Of a DNA stretch of 39,289 nt, positions 1 through 6,859 are shown in pieces; the stretch's first letter is position 1; each line of letters starts with the position of its first letter. The position numbers were made by a program, and so were the translations under genes. The notes under the pieces were generated by a model, which worked only from the letters and a program-made list of their open reading frames with translations, made no database searches and had not been told where the DNA came from. This stretch comes from a virus (lineage: Duplodnaviria > Caudoviricetes), in the IMG/VR virus record IMGVR_UViG_3300007734_000672, positions 1-39,289 of that record; one strand, given 5' to 3'.

Positions 1-40
1 GCGACACGCACCACAACGCCTAGCACCACCCCGCATTACC

Positions 41-74
41 AGCGCGGCACGCTTCCACAGGTGCCGCGCTTTTT
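41..74 (+). terminator. Rho-independent terminator
   Basis: Perfect 10-bp stem AGCGCGGCAC (41-50)/GTGCCGCGCT (61-70), 10-nt loop and T-run, just after a TAG at 21-23. Confidence 0.85.
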
Positions 75-565
75 CGTGGGCACACTACCTCAACCCCAAC
101 CCACCTACCCGAATGCCCGCGCTGTGCGTAAGGGTATGCGTCTCCGCGCGTGGTGGAGCTTTACCCCTGAACCCTGCTCGCGGTGTCGCCGCTAGGCAAG
201 CAGCCAAACCAAACACGCGTGCACCCAACCCCCCCGCGCACGCGCACACATGATAAGACGTAGGTCGTGTTTGTTTGTGGGTAGGTTGTGTGTAAGTTTG
301 ATGATCTTTTTGATGATCTTCAGCAAACCATGTTGTGTTTGTGGCGTGTGGTTTTCTGCTCCCCCCCTAGTCCCCCCCTCGTGGGTCGCGTTTTGGGAGC
401 GAGTAAAGTCTTGGTTGCGACTTGTCTGGTTGTCGCTGGCAGTCGCGTCTTGGTGTGAGGGTGAGCGCGGCTGCGCCAAAGCCCCTCTAACGGGCGATCT
501 CCGCTGTTGAGGCGGGTTGTTCTTAGTGTACCATGCGTGTTGGTTTACTACTCAGGAGATTTATT

Positions 566-688
566 ATGATTTTTGCTCACATTACCGATATGGATGTTGT
601 TTCGTTAATTCCAGTTGTTGTTGTTGCGTTGTTTATGGGCGTGTGTGTTGGCGTGTGTGTTGCGTTGCGTTTTCGTGTTAATGGATGA
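566..688 (+). CDS. Small putative membrane protein, 40 aa (not in ORF track)
   Basis: AGGAG SD 7 nt before ATG 566. Translation MIFAHITDMDVVSLIPVVVVALFMGVCVGVCVALRFRVNG has one hydrophobic stretch. Overlaps the next start at 681. Confidence 0.6.
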   Translation: MIFAHITDMDVVSLIPVVVVALFMGVCVGVCVALRFRVNG

Positions 689-851
689 AGAAGACTTTTA
701 TGGGTGGTCGGAGTGGGTTTTCCGGTGTGTGTTTGAGGAGGGTGGCAAAAGCGTTATGCGTGTCTTTGCGGCGTGCGAGTATGATGCGTGGGTAACATTT
801 ACTTTGAGGACTGGCATACAAGTTAATCTTGATGGATTGGAGCATTGGTGA
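681..851 (+). CDS. Hypothetical protein, 56 aa
   Basis: ATG 681 within track ORF 615-851 (MDEEDFYGWSEW...). Overlaps the upstream stop and the TerS start via GTGA, suggesting translational coupling. Confidence 0.55.
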   Translation: MDEEDFYGWSEWVFRCVFEEGGKSVMRVFAACEYDAWVTFTLRTGIQVNLDGLEHW

Positions 852-1399
852 CGAAACGCGCAGACCTTAAAGAAGCTCGTGACGATAAGAAGTCGTTAGA
901 AGACTCGTACGGGCTTGTGTCGGATGATTTTCTGGTGAAGAATTATATGCCGACTCGTACTATTGGCGAGTTGTCGGATGAGCAGATGGATGACGCGATT
1001 GAGATGGCGCGCTTGGGCGCGTTTGAGGCGGCGATTGCCAGGGTGCTTGGTGTTAATGAGGCTGTCTTTAAGTCTGCTTTGAAGAAGGGCAAGGATGGGA
1101 AGACGGGGCATAATGGTACGAGTCAGAAGCGTATTGATTTTGCTAGGCGTTTCTATGATGCTCGTAAGGAACACATGAAAAAGAGTTTGCGTGTTATTAG
1201 TGCGGCTGCTGATGAGGGTGATTGGAAGCCAGCAGCTTGGCAATTGGAACGCAGCTTTGGGTTTGTTAAGAGTGAGACGGTTGAGGTTGAGGCTGGGCCG
1301 CAGATCATGTCGTTGATGCAGCTTGCGCAGATTCCTATGGAGCAAGCCCAGGCGACGCTTCAGGTTGAGGGCGAAGTAGTTGTAGAACCAAATGAGTGA
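848..1399 (+). CDS. terS: Probable terminase small subunit (HTH DNA-binding protein)
   Basis: Directly upstream of and overlapping TerL. HTH-like segment (EAAIARVLGVNEAVF) and DWKPAAWQLER motif typical of pre-TerL proteins. GGAG before GTG 848. Confidence 0.7.
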   Translation: MTKRADLKEARDDKKSLEDSYGLVSDDFLVKNYMPTRTIGELSDEQMDDAIEMARLGAFEAAIARVLGVNEAVFKSALKKGKDGKTGHNGTSQKRIDFARRFYDARKEHMKKSLRVISAAADEGDWKPAAWQLERSFGFVKSETVEVEAGPQIMSLMQLAQIPMEQAQATLQVEGEVVVEPNE

Positions 1400-2978
1400 A
1401 GAAGCTCTTAGTGTAGAAACCGCGCGCTTACGCGCAAAGATGGCTGACCCAGTGTGGAAAGCCAAGAATCTTTTTGGTTTTGATCCGTGGAGTAAACAAC
1501 AAGAAATCCTCAAAGCACTGCGTAAGAATAAGCGTGTGGCGGTTCGCTCGTGCCACGGAGTCGGCAAGACTGCTGTGGCTGCTACTGCTGTTCTCGACTT
1601 CATGACGGAAGGGCCATGTCGTGTAATCACGACTGCGCCGACATGGAGCCAGGTCGAGCAACTACTCTGGCGCGAAATTAACGTACGACACTCTAAAATT
1701 CCGGGCGGCAAAGACGCTTTCGGCAAAATGTTCAAGTCTTCGCTGGAGATACGGTCGGATTGGTTCGCTATGGGACTGTCTACTGACAAGCCGGAACGAT
1801 TCCAGGGCCATCACGCTCCACGCATGATGCTAGTCGTAGACGAAGCGAGTGGTATTGACGAGGCAATCTACGAAGCAGCCGAAGGTTTCCTTACCGCCGA
1901 CGAAGCTCGCGTACTCTTGATTGGAAACCCGACTCGACCAGCGGGAACCTTCTACAAAGCCTTCCAAAAGGATTCTGGTTGGTACCCGGTACACATGAGT
2001 GCCTTTGATGCGCCGTGCTTTACGGGCGAAAAAGTCTCTAAAGAGGCTGAGCGTGCGCTGATTACGCAAGAGTGGGTGCAGGACGCTAAGCAACAGTGGG
2101 GAGAAGACTCGTCTGCGTACAAGATTCGCGTACTAGGCGAGTTTTCGGAGACTACAGGCCGCCAATACTTCCAGTTTCTAGAAAAAATCGTGCCTATGGA
2201 CGCTAAGAAGCGTGGTTTTGTGCGGGGAATGCCGGTTCCTGGTGGCAGAGTAGAGTTCTATGACGACCACAAGGGCGGAATGCGCATGTGGGAACCACCA
2301 AAGACGGGCGTTGGCTACATTATCTTCGCGGATGTGGCAGGATCAGTGAGTTTTGACGAGTATGAGCGTCGCGAGGCGCGTATTGGGTCGGGTGCGGGGT
2401 CGGATTACTCTGTAGCAGAAGTGCTACGCCAAGATACGGGCGAACAAGTAGCCGAAATCCGGTATCGAGCCGATGTTGACGAGTTTGCCGACGATCTTGC
2501 ACGCCTGGGACGATTGTATAACGATGCGATTATCGCTGTGGAGCGTAACGGGCCGGGAACCGCCGTCTTAACCCAACTAAAGAACACTATGGGGTACCCA
2601 CGCATCTGGAGGCCACGCAATCCGATTGGTGTAAAGACGCATATGGATCAAACACTGGGCTGGAACACGACTAGTGCTACGCGACCAATCATGTTGAGCG
2701 CTCTCCAGGCTGCTATTCGCGACGAACCACACCGAATCAAGAGTGAGGCTCTTATTGATGAGATTCGCACGTTTGTATTTCGGGATCGGAACGGTAGGGA
2801 GCCTCGCCCAGAAGCAGACGAGGGTTGCCATGACGATCTTGTGATGGCTATGGGTGGTGCGCAGGCTGTGTGGCAACAAGAATGCACTACGCCTATTCGT
2901 TTGGCGGAGCGTCCGAAGGTTGAGCCGCAGCCTAATCTTCAGAAGCGCGCGCCACGCTTTGTTATTGGGAAGCGATAA
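1392..2978 (+). CDS. terL: Terminase large subunit
   Basis: Walker A (RSCHGVGKT), Walker B (LVVDEASG), coupling motif (IGNPT), and RNase H-like nuclease acidic motifs (FADVAG, AVERNG, HDDLVMA). Confidence 0.95.
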   Translation: MSEEALSVETARLRAKMADPVWKAKNLFGFDPWSKQQEILKALRKNKRVAVRSCHGVGKTAVAATAVLDFMTEGPCRVITTAPTWSQVEQLLWREINVRHSKIPGGKDAFGKMFKSSLEIRSDWFAMGLSTDKPERFQGHHAPRMMLVVDEASGIDEAIYEAAEGFLTADEARVLLIGNPTRPAGTFYKAFQKDSGWYPVHMSAFDAPCFTGEKVSKEAERALITQEWVQDAKQQWGEDSSAYKIRVLGEFSETTGRQYFQFLEKIVPMDAKKRGFVRGMPVPGGRVEFYDDHKGGMRMWEPPKTGVGYIIFADVAGSVSFDEYERREARIGSGAGSDYSVAEVLRQDTGEQVAEIRYRADVDEFADDLARLGRLYNDAIIAVERNGPGTAVLTQLKNTMGYPRIWRPRNPIGVKTHMDQTLGWNTTSATRPIMLSALQAAIRDEPHRIKSEALIDEIRTFVFRDRNGREPRPEADEGCHDDLVMAMGGAQAVWQQECTTPIRLAERPKVEPQPNLQKRAPRFVIGKR

Positions 2979-3055
2979 TACGGCGACTACTTGGACTGTA
3001 TATCCTTACTGACACTTTTCAAGTTTAAACTTGTATATGTTGTTATTGGGAAGCG
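2959..3055 (+). repeat. 16-bp direct repeat flanking a 14-bp palindrome
   Basis: TTGTTATTGGGAAGCG at 2959-2974 and 3040-3055; CAAGTTTAAACTTG at 3020-3033. Confidence 0.85.
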
Positions 3056-3060
3056 TTAGG

Positions 3061-3066
3061 TATACT
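3061..3066 (+). promoter_or_regulatory. -10 box of putative leaderless promoter
   Basis: TATACT, 6 nt before GTG 3073, no SD. Confidence 0.65.
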
Positions 3067-3072
3067 ACCAGC

Positions 3073-3228
3073 GTGAACAAAAAAGGTAAATACGCAAAGC
3101 TTGTCGCGTCGCTGCAAGCTAAGGGCGCTAGAGACCCTCGCGCGCTTGCCGCAAGTATTGGTCGCAAGAAACTTGGTAAGGCAGAGTTTCAGCGTCGCGC
3201 TGCTGCCGGTCGAGCCGCAGCAGACTGA
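3073..3228 (+). CDS. Small basic protein, 51 aa
   Basis: GTG 3073 is in frame with track ORF 3031-3228. K/R-rich; GARDPRALAASIGRKKLG resembles small basic proteins seen in phage head regions (recall, not searched). Confidence 0.7.
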   Translation: MNKKGKYAKLVASLQAKGARDPRALAASIGRKKLGKAEFQRRAAAGRAAAD

Positions 3229-3234
3229 GTAAGG

Positions 3235-3240
3235 TATAGT
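3235..3240 (+). promoter_or_regulatory. -10 box of putative leaderless promoter
   Basis: TATAGT, 6 nt before ATG 3247. Confidence 0.6.
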
Positions 3241-3246
3241 TTTCCC

Positions 3247-3426
3247 ATGCCGAACTTTCAAAAAGACCCCAATAATCCTAAAGCAGATTTTTTTAACACT
3301 GCTATTGGTGGAGCGCCAAAAAGTCCGGGCGGCAAAGTGGAAAAGCCAATGAATAAACTTGCCGGTCTTAAAGAGCGGCTTATGTCGGCAAAGAACAAGC
3401 TTGACAAAAAGCCGTACAGCAAATAA
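3247..3426 (+). CDS. Small Lys-rich protein, 59 aa (not in ORF track)
   Basis: MPNFQKDPNNPKADFFNTAIGGAPKSPGGKVEKPMNKLAGLKERLMSAKNKLDKKPYSK. Fills the gap between neighbours and has a leaderless-type -10. Confidence 0.65.
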   Translation: MPNFQKDPNNPKADFFNTAIGGAPKSPGGKVEKPMNKLAGLKERLMSAKNKLDKKPYSK

Positions 3427-3431
3427 TTTTG

Positions 3432-3758
3432 ATGCACCCGCTTGACCGCATCAAGAAGAAGAACGAGCCAACCGTTAGCATCGCGCTAATGAAAATGAAG
3501 CCCAAGTCGCAATACGCAGAACCAAAAGAAGACACGCCAATTGACATGAGCGAAGACGCAATGGAAGAAGAAGCACCCATGCGCGAAGAAGCAAGCAAAG
3601 ACTCGTACGAAGAATGCCCCAAGTGCGCCAAGTACCAGATGCTAATTGGCGAAGCAATCGCGTACTACATGCAGAACAAAGAAGACTCTGAAGATAAGCC
3701 TGACACGCGCGAAGTAGAAGACGAAATTAACGCGCAAGCAGATTCGATGCAGGACTAA
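3432..3758 (+). CDS. Hypothetical acidic protein with CxxC
   Basis: ORF (TTG 3429 or ATG 3432) with a basic N-terminus, D/E-rich remainder and CPKC. Confidence 0.7.
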   Translation: MHPLDRIKKKNEPTVSIALMKMKPKSQYAEPKEDTPIDMSEDAMEEEAPMREEASKDSYEECPKCAKYQMLIGEAIAYYMQNKEDSEDKPDTREVEDEINAQADSMQD

Positions 3759-3759
3759 C

Positions 3760-3768
3760 TGCTACACT
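3760..3768 (+). promoter_or_regulatory. Extended -10 of putative leaderless promoter
   Basis: TGC-TACACT, 7 nt before ATG 3776. Confidence 0.65.
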
Positions 3769-3775
3769 AATTCGT

Positions 3776-4162
3776 ATGAGCGTACCTCCGAACATGATGG
3801 GCGCAGGCCCAATGATCCCACCCCCGCCAATGGGCGCACCAATGGGAATGCCAATGGCACCACCCCCCGCACCAGGCGGCCCAGTTCCTCCTGCGGTTGC
3901 CGCGCTGCCGGGTATGGCTGAACTTGCGCAGGCACAAACGATGCAGATGGCGGATCATCAGCGCCAGATGCAGGCGATGCAACAGGAGATGCAGAATCAA
4001 ATTATGATGCTAATCGCTTCGCTCCCTACGCCGAATCCGGCTGGTGAGGCTGCCGTGTCTACGCCGACGACTCCAATGATGAGTGGTGCTGGTGCTGGCA
4101 TGGGTGACTCTGCCGCTCCGATGGGTGATGCTGACATGGGAACCCCACCGGGTGCCTACTAG
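3776..4162 (+). CDS. Low-complexity Pro/Met/Gln-rich protein
   Basis: 128-aa ORF with P/M/G-rich ends and a central Q/M-rich helical segment. Confidence 0.7.
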   Translation: MSVPPNMMGAGPMIPPPPMGAPMGMPMAPPPAPGGPVPPAVAALPGMAELAQAQTMQMADHQRQMQAMQQEMQNQIMMLIASLPTPNPAGEAAVSTPTTPMMSGAGAGMGDSAAPMGDADMGTPPGAY

Positions 4163-4168
4163 TTCTAC

Positions 4169-4177
4169 TGGTAGACT
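4169..4177 (+). promoter_or_regulatory. Extended -10 of putative leaderless promoter
   Basis: TGG-TAGACT, 6 nt before ATG 4184. Confidence 0.65.
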
Positions 4178-4183
4178 CTAAGA

Positions 4184-4672
4184 ATGACTTACGTTGTTCC
4201 AACAACCGTTGTAGCAGCCGCACGAGGGTTTGCAACAGACTATAACGTCATCGTTAATGATGTTATTGACCACGAGACGCGCATTGTTGCGGTAGAGGCT
4301 ATTGCTGCTGCGGTGCCGTACGCGAATCTTGCGGCTGACGTAAAGAACTTTACGCTCACTACGCCAGCGTTCACCACGAATGTGTACACGACAATTTTGA
4401 CTGACGCGGATAACAAGCTTCTTCTGCTGACAAACGGTGCAGTAGCAGGATCACTCACAATTCCGCTTAATGCAAGCGTTGCGTTTGCCGTTGGCTGCCA
4501 GTTGAACTTGGTTCAGACGGGTGCGGGGCAGATTACTGTTAATCGAGCAACTACCGGCGTAACAATCAATGGTTCTACGACTGTAAACTATTTGTTTGCC
4601 CAACAATACGCAATGATTAGTCTTGTAAAGACTGCTACTGACACTTGGGTGCTAACTGGCGATTTCATCTAA
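4184..4672 (+). CDS. Putative virion fibre/decoration protein (paralog 1)
   Basis: Beta-rich. C-terminal ...QTGAGQITV...QYAMISLVKTATDTWVLTGD is typical of phage fibre modules. Paralogous to the next gene. Confidence 0.7.
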   Translation: MTYVVPTTVVAAARGFATDYNVIVNDVIDHETRIVAVEAIAAAVPYANLAADVKNFTLTTPAFTTNVYTTILTDADNKLLLLTNGAVAGSLTIPLNASVAFAVGCQLNLVQTGAGQITVNRATTGVTINGSTTVNYLFAQQYAMISLVKTATDTWVLTGDFI

Positions 4673-5130
4673 TGCCGTACACCGCCCCAACAACAGTAAC
4701 TCCAGGCGTACCCATTACGTCTACGCTTCATAATTTGCTTGGTACGGACATTGTTGACCACGAGTCCCGCATCGGGGCGGCGACAACTACAATGACTAGT
4801 TTGCCGTACGCAAACCTTGCGGCTGGCGTAAAGAATTACACTATTGTTAGCGTTACTGCTAGTCGCGACCTGACGAGTGCTGATACTGAGAATAAGATTC
4901 TTATTTCAAGTAGTGCGTCAGACTATGTTTTGACCGCGCCGGGAAGTGGTTTTTTGGCTGGACAAACCATCAACCTTGCGCGTACCAGTACGGGCGCTTT
5001 GAGTGTGGTTGGCGCTAGTGGTGTACTTATTAACGGCTCTAGCGATACGCGCTCTTTAAATGCGGCGTACTCGTATGCGCAACTTATTTGTCTTGGTAAA
5101 GATTTTATTCTTGTAGGTGCTTATGTTTAA
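4672..5130 (+). CDS. Putative virion fibre/decoration protein (paralog 2)
   Basis: ATG 4672 in a TAATG overlap. Shares PTTV, D(V/I)(I/V)DHE(T/S)RI, PYANLAAxVKN and INGS blocks with 4184-4672. Confidence 0.7.
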   Translation: MPYTAPTTVTPGVPITSTLHNLLGTDIVDHESRIGAATTTMTSLPYANLAAGVKNYTIVSVTASRDLTSADTENKILISSSASDYVLTAPGSGFLAGQTINLARTSTGALSVVGASGVLINGSSDTRSLNAAYSYAQLICLGKDFILVGAYV

Positions 5131-6322
5131 TCGAAGTTTTTTGCGGCGAAGAAAAGTTAGTCAGCTTCCCCAGTCTTTTTTCCAATATTCGGCTGGGGCG
5201 GCAAACGATGTGTTTGGAATATCCTCTGCGTTGTCAAGTGATGGTACTACGGCAATTGTTGGGGCGTATGGTGATATTTCGTTTCAGGGAACCGCTGTTG
5301 TGTTTATTCGTAGCGGCAAAACGTGGACAGAACAAGCTTTGCTTAGTCAGTCCGGTGGTGCGGCTAATGATAATTTTGGTTATTCGGTTGACTTGTCGGA
5401 TGACGGCAATACTGCTATTTGTGGTGTTCCGTATAGGGGCGCTACGGATACTGGTGCTGCTGTTGTGTTTACTCGTAGTGGTGCTACGTGGACACAACAA
5501 GCAGTGCTGACGTATTCGTCGGCTGCTGCAAACGACTTGTTTGGTTATTCGGTTTCTTTGTCTAGTGATGGCAATATGGCTATTTGCGGATCGCCAACAA
5601 GCGGAGCAAGCAATGGTAGGTCGGTTGTGTTTACGCGCAGTGGGGCGACTTGGACACAACAAGCAACATTGACACATTCGGTTGGGGCGGCAGGTGCCTA
5701 TTTTGGCTGGTCGGTTAAATTGTCCACAGATGGCAGTACGGCAATTGTTGGCGCAAGATCAGATAGTTCTGCTGGGAACTTGAGAGGTTCTGCCGTTATC
5801 TTTACTCGTAGTGGGGTTACGTGGACGCAACAAACCACTTTAAGATATTCTGCTGCTGTTAATAACGATAATTTTGGCACTTCGGTTTCGTTGTCAAGTG
5901 ATGGAAATACTGCAATTGTCGGAGCAGAAAACGCCGATCCGGGGGGGGTTTCCGCTGCGGGTCTTGTTGTTGTGTTTACTCGTAGCGGTGCTACGTGGAC
6001 AGAACAAGCTGCGTTAACTTATTCGGGTAAAGCCACTAATGACTTGCTTGGATATTCGGTTTCTTTATCCGGCAATGGAGATGTTGCTCTTTGTGGAGCC
6101 TATGGAGGCAACGTTCCCGTGGCAGATGCGGGTATTGCAATAATGTTTACTCGTAACAATGGGGTTTGGGTTCAAGAATCAGTATTATCGTATTCTTCTG
6201 GCGTTGCCGGAGACGCATTGGGCCTTTCGGTTGCCTTGTCCAGAGATGGCAATATTGCAATTGCCGGAGCGCCCGGTATTGGTGCTGACGTTGGCGGCGC
6301 TGTTGTTTTCTACACTCACTAA
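5123..6322 (+). CDS. FG-GAP-repeat beta-propeller protein (about 7 blades)
   Basis: About seven repeats of ND-x-FGxSVxLSxDGxTAxxGA...GxAVVFTRSGxTWTQQAxL. Short basic N-terminus MFNRSFLRRRK. Confidence 0.85.
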   Translation: MFNRSFLRRRKVSQLPQSFFQYSAGAANDVFGISSALSSDGTTAIVGAYGDISFQGTAVVFIRSGKTWTEQALLSQSGGAANDNFGYSVDLSDDGNTAICGVPYRGATDTGAAVVFTRSGATWTQQAVLTYSSAAANDLFGYSVSLSSDGNMAICGSPTSGASNGRSVVFTRSGATWTQQATLTHSVGAAGAYFGWSVKLSTDGSTAIVGARSDSSAGNLRGSAVIFTRSGVTWTQQTTLRYSAAVNNDNFGTSVSLSSDGNTAIVGAENADPGGVSAAGLVVVFTRSGATWTEQAALTYSGKATNDLLGYSVSLSGNGDVALCGAYGGNVPVADAGIAIMFTRNNGVWVQESVLSYSSGVAGDALGLSVALSRDGNIAIAGAPGIGADVGGAVVFYTH

Positions 6323-6330
6323 ACACGAAC

Positions 6331-6339
6331 TGATACACT
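6331..6339 (+). promoter_or_regulatory. Extended -10 of putative leaderless promoter
   Basis: TGA-TACACT, 7 nt before ATG 6347. Confidence 0.65.
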
Positions 6340-6346
6340 CACACTA

Positions 6347-6859
6347 ATGGCATACACCCGACCATACGCAACCGGATTCGTAGACTATCCGCTCACCACC
6401 ACACCAATCAATAGCACCGCGCTAAACATTATTGATGTTGGCGTAAAAACTGTTAGTGATACTGTGGATGCGTTTACTGGTGCGTGGACGGCTTACGTTC
6501 CGGCGTTGACTAACACTACGTCGCCTATTACGGTTGCTCGATACGTGAAGATTGGCAAGACGATTCACTTCTATGTTGTGTTGACGCTGACTGGTGCGCA
6601 GGTAACGGGGCTCCCAGGAATTGCGCTTCCCCCGTTTGCAATGCTTAGCACAAGCTCTGGCAACTTTGATGTAAAACTAATTGACTCGGGAGTCATATAC
6701 TCTGGCGTTGGCGTTGCTGGTACAACCGCAAGGCTTGATTGTTACGCGCTTAACGCTGCCGGAACATACGCTGTAGTTGCTGCTACAACCAACCTTATTC
6801 CGTTTGCGTGGGGAGCCGCAGACCAGATCATTGTAAGCGGAACATACGAGTCTGCATAA
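6347..6859 (+). CDS. Putative fibre / receptor-binding head-domain protein
   Basis: N-terminal DYPLTTTPINSTALNIIDVGV and C-terminal WTAYVP...ARYVKIGKTI...IALP...IIVSGTYE, typical of small phage fibre knobs. Confidence 0.7.
   Translation: MAYTRPYATGFVDYPLTTTPINSTALNIIDVGVKTVSDTVDAFTGAWTAYVPALTNTTSPITVARYVKIGKTIHFYVVLTLTGAQVTGLPGIALPPFAMLSTSSGNFDVKLIDSGVIYSGVGVAGTTARLDCYALNAAGTYAVVAATTNLIPFAWGAADQIIVSGTYESA

Noticed and set aside
192-479. 95-aa minus-strand ORF with TTG start, GAGGGG upstream and a possible leftward promoter
   Set aside because: Low-complexity translation, and it would be the only minus-strand gene. Not called as a CDS, though not excluded; the region is covered as a non-coding finding.
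250-510. 86-aa hydrophobic + strand ORF
   Set aside because: Its hydrophobicity follows from the extreme G/T bias. It has no SD and spans the C-tract element.
896-1789. 297-aa minus-strand ORF over terS/terL, and similar antisense ORFs throughout the window
   Set aside because: They fully overlap well-supported + strand genes and have no recognisable domains.
5190-6300. Regularly spaced DNA repeats resembling a CRISPR array or DGR repeats
   Set aside because: They are in-frame FG-GAP protein repeats. There are no unique spacers and no reverse transcriptase gene.
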